Shown here piece by piece: positions 54,895 to 64,000 of a stretch of DNA of 64,000 nucleotides; the first letter of the stretch is position 1, and every line of letters starts with the position of its first letter. A program made the translations under genes and the position numbers. Origin of the DNA: Candidatus Aenigmatarchaeota archaeon (GTDB lineage: Archaea > Aenigmatarchaeota > Aenigmatarchaeia > Aenigmatarchaeales > JACQIB01). Location: contig JACQIB010000004.1 in the NCBI GenBank assembly GCA_016198755.1, positions 170,913 through 234,912 on the forward strand. Reading direction: 5' to 3'. The notes below the pieces were generated by a model that made no database searches, was not told where the DNA came from, and was given only the letters and a program-made list of their open reading frames with translations.

Positions 54895-55333
54895 TATAGA
54901 AAGGAAAGCACCTTTGGCTTCAGTGGAAATTATTATAGAAAAAGATGGAAAAATAGTTTTGATAAAAAGAGAGGGGCCACCATTTAAAGGGAAGTGGAAA
55001 CTGCCTGGGGGTATGGTAGAGTATGGGCAGACTGTGGAACAGGCCGCTGTACTTGAAGCAAAAGAAGAAACAAACTTGGATGTGGAACTGCTGGATATTT
55101 TAGGAGTATATTCCAACCCACAGAGGGATCCGCGCTTCCATTCTTTAGCTACGGTTTTTGTTGCAAAGCCCCTGAACGGAGAGTTGAAAGGTGATATTGT
55201 AGAGACAACTGATGCCAAATGGATCGATATAAAGTATCTAACAACAGATGATATGGGATTTGATCATGGAAAAATATTGGAAGATTTCAAAAAATGGCTT
55301 AGTGGAAAAAAAACATTTTGGACGGGGAGATAA
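54887..55333 (+). CDS. NUDIX hydrolase
   Basis: Nudix box GGMVEYGQTVEQAAVLEAKEETNL. Confidence 0.8.
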   Translation: MIDIERKAPLASVEIIIEKDGKIVLIKREGPPFKGKWKLPGGMVEYGQTVEQAAVLEAKEETNLDVELLDILGVYSNPQRDPRFHSLATVFVAKPLNGELKGDIVETTDAKWIDIKYLTTDDMGFDHGKILEDFKKWLSGKKTFWTGR

Positions 55334-55861
55334 ATGGAAACCGGAATTGAAGGACTGACAATAACGCTGAATAAAGTTGTAAATGACTGGCGTGGTTCAC
55401 TTTATGAACTGCTTCCGGGTGGATCTGGAAATCAATCAGTTTCCGATGGCATAGGCAACCTATATGTTTCTGTTGGGAAGAAAAAATTTGTATGCAGAGT
55501 AGGGCATTATCATAAGAATAATACAGAGAATTTCTTTACACTTGGAGGTGCTACTCTCTGGATTTTTTGCGATATGAGAAAGGGATCGAAAACAGAGGGA
55601 ACGGTTTTCGGTGGAATTTTCGGAGATGAATTCCAAAGTAAAACTTCCTTGCAGGTTATGACTATAGATAAGGGTACACTGGCAAAAGTGCGCGTTCCCA
55701 CGGGAGTTTGGCATGCATATTGGCCTATCACAGAAAAACCATCAATTATTATAGCTGTTGGATCTATCCCATACGAAAAGGAAGATAATGAAAAAGTTGA
55801 ATATTCTGACATTGATGATGTTGTCAAAATACTGAAAACTGAGGGTGTAATAGATGAATAA
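55334..55861 (+). CDS. RmlC-like cupin (dTDP-4-dehydrorhamnose 3,5-epimerase-like)
   Basis: Cupin beta-barrel pattern with His residues in HYHKNNTENFFTLGG...GVWHAY. Position between rmlD and rmlB. Confidence 0.6.
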   Translation: METGIEGLTITLNKVVNDWRGSLYELLPGGSGNQSVSDGIGNLYVSVGKKKFVCRVGHYHKNNTENFFTLGGATLWIFCDMRKGSKTEGTVFGGIFGDEFQSKTSLQVMTIDKGTLAKVRVPTGVWHAYWPITEKPSIIIAVGSIPYEKEDNEKVEYSDIDDVVKILKTEGVIDE

Positions 55862-56819
55862 AAAACTTCTGATAACAGGGGGGGCAGGTTTCATAGGAAG
55901 CAATTTTGTACACTACATACTCCAAAATCATCCTGACTATGATATTATTGTGCTGGATAAGCTGACTTACGCAGGCAACCTGAATAATCTGAAAGCTGTC
56001 ACAGACAAAATAAAATTTATCCGCGGGGATATATGCAACACTAAGGATGTTGAGATGGCAATGGAAGGTGTGGATTTTGTTGTTTCATTCGCAGCTGAGA
56101 CTCATGTAGACAGGAGTATATCTGGAGCAAAGGAGTTTGTAATGACAGAAGTTTTCGGGGCCAACACTCTCTTGGAAGTTGTGAATAGATTTGGGACAAA
56201 GAAGTTTGTTTTGGTTTCTACTGATGAGGTTTATGGGGAGATTGAAAAGGGCTCTTTTAATGAAACTGATCCTCTCCATCCAAGAAACCCTTATGCCGCC
56301 ACAAAAGCTGGGGCTGACCTGCTTGCGCTATCCTTCTTCGAAACTTATGGTCTTCCTGTTATGATAACGCGAACCACAAACAACTTCGGTCCTTACCAGC
56401 ATCCTGAAAAATTTATTCCGCGCGCCCTTACTTCTGTGATGTCTGGAAAACCAATACAAATATATGGGGATGGGAAGCAAATAAGAGACTGGATTTTTGT
56501 AAAGGACAATTGTGCAGCTATAGACACGGTTTTGCAGAAGGGTAATGTGGGGGAAGTTTATAATATCTGCGCAAAGAACGAGAAAACAAACATAGAGATT
56601 GCCACAAAGGTTTTGCAGCTTTTGGGAAAGCCTGTGGATTCTTTAAAGTTTGTGCCTGACAGGCCCGGACATGATAAACGATATTCTCTGGACCCATCCA
56701 AAATACATGCCCTAGGCTGGACATGTAAAGAGACTTTCGACTCTGGAATGAAAAATACTGTAGATTGGTATAAAGAAAATGAATGGTGGTGGAAGCCTCT
56801 TATTGAAAATATGGGCTGA
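55854..56819 (+). CDS. rmlB: dTDP-glucose 4,6-dehydratase
   Basis: TGGAGFIGSNF; catalytic YxxxK (YAATKAGAD); SDR-extended family. Confidence 0.9.
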   Translation: MNKKLLITGGAGFIGSNFVHYILQNHPDYDIIVLDKLTYAGNLNNLKAVTDKIKFIRGDICNTKDVEMAMEGVDFVVSFAAETHVDRSISGAKEFVMTEVFGANTLLEVVNRFGTKKFVLVSTDEVYGEIEKGSFNETDPLHPRNPYAATKAGADLLALSFFETYGLPVMITRTTNNFGPYQHPEKFIPRALTSVMSGKPIQIYGDGKQIRDWIFVKDNCAAIDTVLQKGNVGEVYNICAKNEKTNIEIATKVLQLLGKPVDSLKFVPDRPGHDKRYSLDPSKIHALGWTCKETFDSGMKNTVDWYKENEWWWKPLIENMG

Positions 56820-56852
56820 GGGTACGGTAAACTTATAAGCGTTCCACCATTT

Positions 56853-57812
56853 ATGAGTTGCATGAAAAATCCAAAAACCAGCATTATAATACTTAACTGG
56901 AACACGGCTGTAGATACTATAGAATGTTTGGAATCTTTGAAAAAACAGACTGAGAAGGATTTTGAGATTATATTGGTGGATAATGCCTCTGCACCTTCTG
57001 ATATCGAGAAGTTAAAATTTTATTGTGAAAAAGAGAGGCAAATGGGAATACAACTTCTATTTAACAAGGAAAACATGGGTTTTGCTGGTGGGAGTAATGC
57101 TGGCCTTAAACTTGCACGAGGGGAAATAATTATTTCTCTGAACAATGATACTGTTGTGACAGAAGATTGGCTGGAAAATCTTCTTATCCCGTTCAAAGAT
57201 CAGTCTGTGGGGGCTTCTGGATCCAAAGCTATTTACTTTTATGAAAGGGATAAAAAAATTGTACAATTTTCCGGGGGTAGGGTAACATTCTATGGTGCAG
57301 CAGTATGCGATGGTCAGGGAAAACCTGATGATAATATACCTTCTGATACGGTGGAATCGCAGTGGCTGATGGGAGCTGCATTTGCATTCAGGAGGACTAT
57401 AATAGAAAAAATGGGCGAGTGGTTTTGTGAGTATTTCTTTGCATATTATGATGAAGTTGATATCTGCTGGAGGATAAGATCTATGGGATATAGGGTAGTA
57501 TATTGCCCGAAATCCACACTTTACCATAAGGGTTCTGCCTCAGTTAAAATAAATAAATTCTCTTACATGCAGCAAAAACTTTCTTTTAGGAACAAATACC
57601 TGACTTTCTGGAGAAATTTGCCTGTGTATAAATTCTTGGTTGTTTTGCCTTTCCTTTGCTCATATGACCTGCTCAGGTGTATAAAATATTCTGTTAGGGG
57701 CGAATTTTATTTTGCTAAATCGTATCTAGAAGGCATGATTGGTTTTGTTCTATCCTTGAATAAAGTGCACAGAATGCGCCTTGGTAAACTGTCCGACCTA
57801 TCATTAAAATAA
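56853..57812 (+). CDS. GT2-family glycosyltransferase
   Basis: IIILNWNTAVDT...LVDNAS...NNDT...DxD-containing GT-A motifs. Confidence 0.8.
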   Translation: MSCMKNPKTSIIILNWNTAVDTIECLESLKKQTEKDFEIILVDNASAPSDIEKLKFYCEKERQMGIQLLFNKENMGFAGGSNAGLKLARGEIIISLNNDTVVTEDWLENLLIPFKDQSVGASGSKAIYFYERDKKIVQFSGGRVTFYGAAVCDGQGKPDDNIPSDTVESQWLMGAAFAFRRTIIEKMGEWFCEYFFAYYDEVDICWRIRSMGYRVVYCPKSTLYHKGSASVKINKFSYMQQKLSFRNKYLTFWRNLPVYKFLVVLPFLCSYDLLRCIKYSVRGEFYFAKSYLEGMIGFVLSLNKVHRMRLGKLSDLSLK

Positions 57813-57813
57813 A

Positions 57814-59046
57814 CTATACAATCCTTACATCTGGCACCGGAATTATGAATTTTCCCCCGCTTTTCCGGAATTTTCTTTCCTTTTCTATTATAACCGCGGC
57901 ATAATTCCATGACAAAAGAAGAGCATAATCTATATGTGATTTGTATAAGCTGTCTGGTGGCAGGATTTTTATATGTGTTCCGGGTGTGTACAATCCCTGT
58001 TTCATCGGTGTGGAATCAGTAACAAAATCTAGAATTTTGCCATCTATTCCGCAGTAATTCAGCAATGTGCTTCCCTTTGCAGGTGCACCATATCCTATTA
58101 TTGTCTTACCATCCCCTTTAAGGCTTAAAAGCAGCTCTACCAGGGCTTTTTTGTTTTTTTCAACCCTATCTGCAAATTTCATATATGTCTCAATTTTGTC
58201 AAGACCTAATTCCTTTTCAAGAGTAATCTGCCCAAGCACTGCTTCAGACTGCTCACGCCCTGCGGAAACAAATACTCTCAACGACTCCCCGTGTATGGGC
58301 ACTTTTTCTACATCGAAAATATCCAAGCCGACAGACTTCACTATGGTAGATAAAGCGTGGAGAGAAAAATATGAGAGATGCTCGTGATATATCTGATCGA
58401 ATCCTCCATCACCTATAAGATTTCCAACCCAATGTACTTCAAATACGAAAACTCCTTCTTTACCTACCAGAGCTTTTACACCGTTGAAAAGTCCCCTAAG
58501 GTCGTCTATATGCGCCACAACATTATTTGCAATAACAATCTTCGCATTTCCGTATTTTTTTATTATTTCTGCTGCCAGTCTCTCGCTGAAAAATTCTGGT
58601 ATGGTTTCTATACCCCGTGATACGGAAACTTTAGCCAGATTATCTGCCGGTTCTATACCGAGAGTTTTACACCTGTTATTTATCGCATACAGTAAAGCCC
58701 CGTCATTGCTTCCAATCTCAATAACCAGAGACGAAACCGAATTTACAAACTTATTGACAAGGTCTTCGCCCATTTTTCTAAAATGTTCCTCCAGCGGTTT
58801 GCTTGCTGATGTAGAATATGCATAATTATTGAACAGAATTTTAGGGTTAACAATATCAACGAGTTGGACAAGATAACAATCCATGCAAAAATAGACTTCC
58901 AGTGGAAACTTCTCATCCTCTTGATACGAATTTTTAACGAACGCATTTGCTAACGCCATTTTTCCAAGATTCAGAAACCTGTAGAGTTTTCGCCCTCCGC
59001 ATACTCTACATGTTTCTCTGTGAGAAAAATTGTCCATTTTAATCAA
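57814..59046 (-). CDS. Sugar C-methyltransferase (TylC3/NovU-like: N-terminal Zn-ribbon, class I SAM MTase core, C-terminal C-MT domain)
   Basis: CRVCGG...CMDC zinc ribbon; LVIEIGSNDGALL SAM motif; 410 aa, typical of NDP-hexose 3-C-methyltransferases. Convergent with the rml cluster. Confidence 0.65.
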   Translation of the reverse strand: MIKMDNFSHRETCRVCGGRKLYRFLNLGKMALANAFVKNSYQEDEKFPLEVYFCMDCYLVQLVDIVNPKILFNNYAYSTSASKPLEEHFRKMGEDLVNKFVNSVSSLVIEIGSNDGALLYAINNRCKTLGIEPADNLAKVSVSRGIETIPEFFSERLAAEIIKKYGNAKIVIANNVVAHIDDLRGLFNGVKALVGKEGVFVFEVHWVGNLIGDGGFDQIYHEHLSYFSLHALSTIVKSVGLDIFDVEKVPIHGESLRVFVSAGREQSEAVLGQITLEKELGLDKIETYMKFADRVEKNKKALVELLLSLKGDGKTIIGYGAPAKGSTLLNYCGIDGKILDFVTDSTPMKQGLYTPGTHIKILPPDSLYKSHIDYALLLSWNYAAVIIEKERKFRKSGGKFIIPVPDVRIV

Positions 59047-59157
59047 TCAACTGTTGTGCGGAACGTTTATAAATCATATACGTATACAACGGATTTCAGG
59101 CCAAGAACTTCTGACCTGTCATTATAGGTATTTATATTCTAGATATGGCTGATTGGA

Positions 59158-59622
59158 TTGATGGATTACAAAATACTTTCCTTTATAGTTGTTCTTGCAC
59201 TGCTTGCAGCAGGCTGCACAGGACAGGGGGAAAAGAAAGCTGTATCGGGGGATACTGTTTCAGTTTTTTATACAGGAAAATTGGATGGCGGGACTGTTTT
59301 TGACTCAAATGTAGGAAAGGAGGCATTAAAATTCAAAATCGGGGAGGGACAGGTTATAAAAGGGTTTGAGGATGCTGTTGTTGGACTGAAAGTCGGGGAA
59401 ACAAAAATAGTAAGAATACCAGCGGAAAAAGCATATGGAAACAGGGATGAAAAGCTTGTCATAGAACAGGAACTTGTGAATGGTACACAGATTGAATTGA
59501 AACTGCCGCGCCAGCCTTCTGCTGTGGAAAAGATAAACGATACTTATGTAAAGGTTGATTATAACCCAAAGTTTGCAGGGCAGGCGCTAAACTTCGAGAT
59601 TAGGTTATTCTCAATAGAGTAG
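59158..59622 (+). CDS. FKBP-type peptidyl-prolyl cis-trans isomerase, lipoprotein (lipobox LAAGC)
   Basis: GDTVSVFYTGKLDGGTVFDSN; FKBP fold signature. Confidence 0.8.
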   Translation: MMDYKILSFIVVLALLAAGCTGQGEKKAVSGDTVSVFYTGKLDGGTVFDSNVGKEALKFKIGEGQVIKGFEDAVVGLKVGETKIVRIPAEKAYGNRDEKLVIEQELVNGTQIELKLPRQPSAVEKINDTYVKVDYNPKFAGQALNFEIRLFSIE

Positions 59623-59663
59623 CAGTATTTATACTATCTGTTTTAATTGGTATTCTGACTTTT

Positions 59664-60893
59664 ATGCCAACATTAAAAGAGAATGCGCTAGTTTATCATA
59701 AGAAAGGAAAGCATGGTAAATTGGAAGTGCGGGGAACAAAGCCTGCGCGCACAATGAAAGATTTGAGCTTAGCTTACACTCCGGGAGTTGCTGAGGTTTG
59801 CAGGGCAATAGTTGAAAATCCTGAGAGAGTTTATGACTATACAATAAAGGGGAACTGCATAGCTATCCTAACTAATGGAACAAGAGTTTTGGGATTGGGA
59901 AATATTGGGCCCAGCGCAGGGCTGCCTGTAATGGAAGGGAAGGCGTTAATTTACAAACTGCTGGGGGGTGTAGATGCTTTCCCTGTTTGCATTAAAGCTG
60001 ATTCCGTGGAAGAATTTATTGCAGTTGCAAAAGCACTGGAACCTACTTTTGGTGGTTTTAATTTGGAGGATATACGCTCTCCAGACTGCTTTGATATTGA
60101 AAGAACACTGGAAAATGAGCTGGGTATACCAGTTTTCCATGATGACCAGCATGGGACTGCTGTTTCTGTCTGCGCTGCCCTGATAAATGCATTAAAAATT
60201 ATTGGAAAGGATTTTGCTGATGTGAAAATTGCAATAAGCGGAGCCGGAGCTGCAGGGTTGGCTGTTACAAAGCTTTTGAACTCTGGCTTTGGAGCCAGAA
60301 AAATTGTTGTATGTGACAGTAAGGGTATAATTTTTCCCGGAAGGGACAATTTAACAGAGGATAAGAATGAAATTGCTATACTTACTGCACCCAAAGAACG
60401 CGGTGGACTGAAAGAAGCCATGAAAGGAGCTGATGTTTTTATTGGTCTATCTTCCGGAGGCATTGTTTCTTCCCAGATGGTAATCTCTATGGCTTCACAG
60501 CCAATAATTTTTGCGCTTGCAAACCCTGTACCTGAGATTTCCCCAGAAGAAGCAAAAAAATCAGGAGCCTATATAGTTGGAACAGCAAGGGCTGATTATC
60601 CAAATCAAGTAAACAATTCTGTTGCTTTTCCAGGAATTATGAGAGGTCTGCTTGACTGTAATGCAAGAAAACTTAACATGGAAATAAAGGTAGCTGCTGC
60701 CCGCGCAATTGCTGGCTGTGTGAAGAAACCTACAGTAAATAATATTATTCCAACTTCTCTCGACAAAACTGTTGCTCCTAAAGTGGCTGCAGCTGTTGTA
60801 AGCGCAGCTCAGGATAGTGAGGTTGCGAGGAGAGGAATAAAAGATTTGAAACAATATGAAGCAGAAGTTAAGAAACGCATATCATCTGGCTAA
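59664..60893 (+). CDS. NAD(P)-dependent malic enzyme (short form)
   Basis: About 409 aa; LAYTPGVA, GxGxxG (ISGAGAAGLAV) and HDDQHGTA motifs of malic enzymes. Confidence 0.9.
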   Translation: MPTLKENALVYHKKGKHGKLEVRGTKPARTMKDLSLAYTPGVAEVCRAIVENPERVYDYTIKGNCIAILTNGTRVLGLGNIGPSAGLPVMEGKALIYKLLGGVDAFPVCIKADSVEEFIAVAKALEPTFGGFNLEDIRSPDCFDIERTLENELGIPVFHDDQHGTAVSVCAALINALKIIGKDFADVKIAISGAGAAGLAVTKLLNSGFGARKIVVCDSKGIIFPGRDNLTEDKNEIAILTAPKERGGLKEAMKGADVFIGLSSGGIVSSQMVISMASQPIIFALANPVPEISPEEAKKSGAYIVGTARADYPNQVNNSVAFPGIMRGLLDCNARKLNMEIKVAAARAIAGCVKKPTVNNIIPTSLDKTVAPKVAAAVVSAAQDSEVARRGIKDLKQYEAEVKKRISSG

Positions 60894-63130
60894 GCTATAA
60901 TTCCTTTGAAAAAGAAAGCTAACAGGAAAAGTATTGCCCCGAAAGATATTATTGCTGCACCAATATACTTTCCTTTTCCAGATTCCCCCCTTCTTATTTT
61001 AGTAACAAAACCAGCAAGCTGTAGAGCTATTACCAGTACTGTAACAGAAATTAACAAATAGCCTGGGGGAGTGAAAAGAGCCGGAGGGTTCATCCGTGTA
61101 TAGTGGAGTATAGAGAAAATATAGCCCACATAAATTAGGCGGTGGATTGCTTTCCAGCGGGCAAAGCCTAATTTTCGCACAGCCCAATCTGTTGAAGTGG
61201 AATAGAGAGGCAAGAAAATAGCGAAAGCAAAGACGCCGAACAAAACAGCATTTGCAAACGGATTCAGGGAAAAGAACAGTGCAGCAAAATCAAAACCATA
61301 TACATAAGCTATGGCTGACAGTGCATGTAAAATTATAATAGTAAACCCCCCGACTCCGAAAGTCCTTCTGTACTCTACAAAATTGTATTTTGGCTTGAGC
61401 AGAGATAAAGGCCCGAGCATTATCGCAATACCTATTAACGTTGCACCAGAGAATGATGAGGCACGAACAAGTGACAGAGAAAGGCTGCCATTGGAAAATG
61501 AGAAATACTGATAGACAAACTGCACAGCCCAGAACAAAATTAAAAGGGCTGCTGTTTTTGCTATATAGGCTTTTTTGCCCCATATTTCCTTTCCAAGGGA
61601 ATGTTGCTCTGCTTCAGGACTCTGCTTTTCTTGGTCTGCTTTTCCTGAAAGGTTTATTTCAATATTCTCTCCGGAAACACGGGTTTCGTATGCTTTAACA
61701 GGCATAGTGGCTGGCGGCCCTAAAACTTTCCCTGTAGTAACATCAAACTTTGCACCATGGTATGGACACTGGACTATTTGTCCTTTTATTTCACCCTCAG
61801 AAAGCGGCCCGCCCGCATGTGTACACATGTTGTCTATCGCATAAATTTTCCCTGAAACATTGAAAAGTGCGATCTTTCTACCGCCAGCAGACGCGCAGAA
61901 AGGCTTTCCTTCTACAACATCTTTTGTAGTTGCAACTTTTGTAAATCCGTGAACAACTTGGGCCTTTGGAATTTCAGGTAATTTAGAACCTGCGCGGGCA
62001 AAGGAAAAAATATCTGTATACTCATTGTTTTTCCCTGAAACTAAATCAGAAAGCAAATTAGCAGCAACAGCTGAAAAAACCAGCCCATTCCCTCCAAAAC
62101 CTGTCACCAGAAAAATCCTGTCTTTGAACGCTGGATGAGCTGAGATATAGGGAAGACCATCTGCTGTTTCAAAAAGGCTGCCAGACCACTTTTTCTGGAT
62201 TTCAAACTCTCCCGGCAAATAATCCTCCAGAAACTGCTTTAGTGTTTCATGCGGATCTCCCTCAGTCTTTACTCCAACTGCCCTGTCAGCTCCGCCCAAC
62301 ATTAGAGTTTTGTCATCAATCTTCCTGTAGTAATAATAAGGCCGGAAAGTATCTGCAAAAGTATTATCTGGTATTGTAAGGTTCTTGTACTTTGCTGTTA
62401 TTGCAAACGTTATTTTTGGCTCAATTATGTGGGAAAAATTCCCAATAAAAGCCGGTGGTGAGCCTGTTGTGAAAATAACTTTCTTTGCCTTTACTCTGCC
62501 TGAAGCTGTTTTTAAAATAACAGTGTGTCCAATATCCTCGAAGGATAAAACCTCAGAATTTTCAAAAACCTGAATTTTTGCCCTCTGTACAAGAGACAGG
62601 ACAAACTTGCGCGGGTTAAATCTTCCTTCATTTGGAAAAACTATAGCCTGCTTTATTTTTCCTATATCTTCAGAAACAAGCTTGGCAGAAGTGTCAGCTT
62701 CCCGCACAGTTTCCCATTCCTTTTTCAGGAAGCTGTCTGTTTTGGAGTAGGAACAGTAATAAAGTTTGCAGGGAGAAAAATCACATTCTATATTTTCCTT
62801 TTTTATCGTCTCAATAAAAACCTCCTGTGCGCGCGCAGTGCAAAAGAAAAGCCTGCGCAGGAAAGCTTTCCCATACTTTTTCTCAAGGGCTGATATATTT
62901 GTGTCTGGAACTCTCGTTAAAAAGCCTGTTGAGTAAGATGTATCACCGGAAGCTATTTCCTTTTTTTCCAAAAGGACAACTGAAAAACCTTTTTTAGCCA
63001 GTGTATATGCTGTGAAAACCCCTGCTATCCCGCCCCCTACAACGCAGACATCAGCTGAAATGTCTGAAGAAAGGCTTGGATAACCAATACTCTTTGCTGT
63101 AGGAATCCATGGGGAAGAGCTGCTTTCCAT
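60890..63130 (-). CDS. Fusion: FAD-dependent oxidoreductase (DAO-like) + Rieske [2Fe-2S] domain + C-terminal 6-TM membrane domain
   Basis: VVGGGIAGV dinucleotide motif; Rieske CTHAGGPL...CPYHGAKF; C-terminal hydrophobic helices containing conserved His. Confidence 0.7.
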   Translation of the reverse strand: MESSSSPWIPTAKSIGYPSLSSDISADVCVVGGGIAGVFTAYTLAKKGFSVVLLEKKEIASGDTSYSTGFLTRVPDTNISALEKKYGKAFLRRLFFCTARAQEVFIETIKKENIECDFSPCKLYYCSYSKTDSFLKKEWETVREADTSAKLVSEDIGKIKQAIVFPNEGRFNPRKFVLSLVQRAKIQVFENSEVLSFEDIGHTVILKTASGRVKAKKVIFTTGSPPAFIGNFSHIIEPKITFAITAKYKNLTIPDNTFADTFRPYYYYRKIDDKTLMLGGADRAVGVKTEGDPHETLKQFLEDYLPGEFEIQKKWSGSLFETADGLPYISAHPAFKDRIFLVTGFGGNGLVFSAVAANLLSDLVSGKNNEYTDIFSFARAGSKLPEIPKAQVVHGFTKVATTKDVVEGKPFCASAGGRKIALFNVSGKIYAIDNMCTHAGGPLSEGEIKGQIVQCPYHGAKFDVTTGKVLGPPATMPVKAYETRVSGENIEINLSGKADQEKQSPEAEQHSLGKEIWGKKAYIAKTAALLILFWAVQFVYQYFSFSNGSLSLSLVRASSFSGATLIGIAIMLGPLSLLKPKYNFVEYRRTFGVGGFTIIILHALSAIAYVYGFDFAALFFSLNPFANAVLFGVFAFAIFLPLYSTSTDWAVRKLGFARWKAIHRLIYVGYIFSILHYTRMNPPALFTPPGYLLISVTVLVIALQLAGFVTKIRRGESGKGKYIGAAIISFGAILFLLAFFFKGIIA

Positions 63131-63196
63131 ATACCAGAATTTGCTGTTTGGAATATAAGCTTTATATGACCGGTTTTTTCCTGTCTATTTTGACAT

Positions 63197-64000
63197 TTAC
63201 GTCTTGAACCATGTACTATGTTGGGTGGGAGGAGCAGCATTATCTGAAACCATTGTTACCACTAACCTTGTATCCACTTTTCTAGGCACATCCAGCGATA
63301 TTTTATACCAACCGCTTCCAGCAGACTCTATATCCAGCGGAGCGCTATATTTCTGGCTATATACCTTATTTGGATCTGAAGTTTCAAAAGCCACATAAAC
63401 CTTTGTGTTCAGAGCTGTTTCTGAGCCCTCATTTGATACATTGACAGTTATAAGATAGTTAACTTTTTTACTGTCATAACTCACTGACTTTGCAGTCCAT
63501 TCAAAAGTTAGATAGGGCTTGGCTATCAGAGGCAATACCTCAACCTTTTGGTCCTTGTATTCCTTTGGTATTTCCCCTATTTTCCAGTTATCTCCGGTTG
63601 TTTCAAGATAATAATATTTTTTTCCTTTGAACTCATAGTATGTTCCGGATTGGCTTTCTAAATTTACGCCGACAGCCATGTGTCTGGGCGGGGATATCAT
63701 AACAACATCATATCCCATTTCCTTGAGAAGTACAGATGTCAATATAGCAGTGTCCTCACAGTCCCCGCCATTATCCCAGAGTGTTTCATATGGATATCTC
63801 TGATATTCATCAAACCCTGTAGTTACATTGTCTGAAGTGTATGGCAGACTTTGAACAAAAGAAATTACAAAATTTATAGTATCGCGGTCATTATATCCTT
63901 CCCCTGAAGCTGACTGTTTAAATAATTCAACAATAGTCCGTATTAGTTCATCATCATAAGGGTCTGTTGCATATGTTGTATATTCATCTGTCCTTTTCTT
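63197..64000 (-). CDS. Transglutaminase-like cysteine-protease-domain protein, 5'-partial (N-terminus beyond the window end)
   Basis: GDCEDTAILTSVLLKEMGYDVVMI matches the transglutaminase-core Cys motif. The reading frame stays open to position 64000. Confidence 0.55.
   Translation of the reverse strand, partial: KKRTDEYTTYATDPYDDELIRTIVELFKQSASGEGYNDRDTINFVISFVQSLPYTSDNVTTGFDEYQRYPYETLWDNGGDCEDTAILTSVLLKEMGYDVVMISPPRHMAVGVNLESQSGTYYEFKGKKYYYLETTGDNWKIGEIPKEYKDQKVEVLPLIAKPYLTFEWTAKSVSYDSKKVNYLITVNVSNEGSETALNTKVYVAFETSDPNKVYSQKYSAPLDIESAGSGWYKISLDVPRKVDTRLVVTMVSDNAAPPTQHSTWFKT

Overview
This window is an AT-rich archaeal chromosomal segment, probably from a DPANN-like lineage with many orphan genes. 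The archaeal assignment rests on the 16S ends (5' ATTCCGGTTGATCCTGCCGGA, 3' GGATCACCTCC) and on the FlaI/FlaJ pilus genes. The protein-coding content is largely housekeeping and envelope-related. It includes a MacB-type ABC exporter operon, an Lrp/AsnC regulator, PolX, a RelE/AbrB toxin-antitoxin pair, a FlaI/FlaJ-type type-IV pilus locus with two pilin-like genes, and a dTDP-rhamnose (rmlABCD) cluster with a C-methyltransferase and GT2 glycosyltransferases. It also encodes a P-type ATPase, RtcA, malic enzyme, and several very large secreted or surface proteins, one of which is a roughly 1,150-aa parallel beta-helix protein dense in N-glycosylation sequons.

The RNA genes are the most unusual part.
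- The 16S rRNA gene (minus strand, about 3.47 kb, not linked to a 23S) carries at least five insertions.
- Two of these are ORF-bearing introns: one LAGLIDADG homing endonuclease and one unusual HTH + PD-(D/E)XK nuclease.
- One insertion is a 30-nt hairpin sitting inside the universal 515F primer site.
- All four tRNA genes (Asn, Ala, His, Leu) are interrupted. Three carry an intron at a non-canonical T-loop position, and tRNA-Ala and tRNA-Leu share a 50-nt identical intron core, which points to intron transposition.

Other observations worth follow-up:
- Two paralogous proteasome-beta/HslV-like Ntn-hydrolases have Thr immediately after Met and novel C-terminal domains.
- A 61-bp perfect direct repeat duplicates the 5' end of a DJ-1 gene and brackets a 3.7-kb surface-protein cassette.
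- Three tandem genes of unknown function are paralogous and relatively GC-rich.
- A Cys-rich 26-aa peptide and a 32-aa hydrophobic peptide form an unannotated micro-operon.
- An APC permease is fused to a methyltransferase.

No CRISPR array, integrase or transposase was seen.
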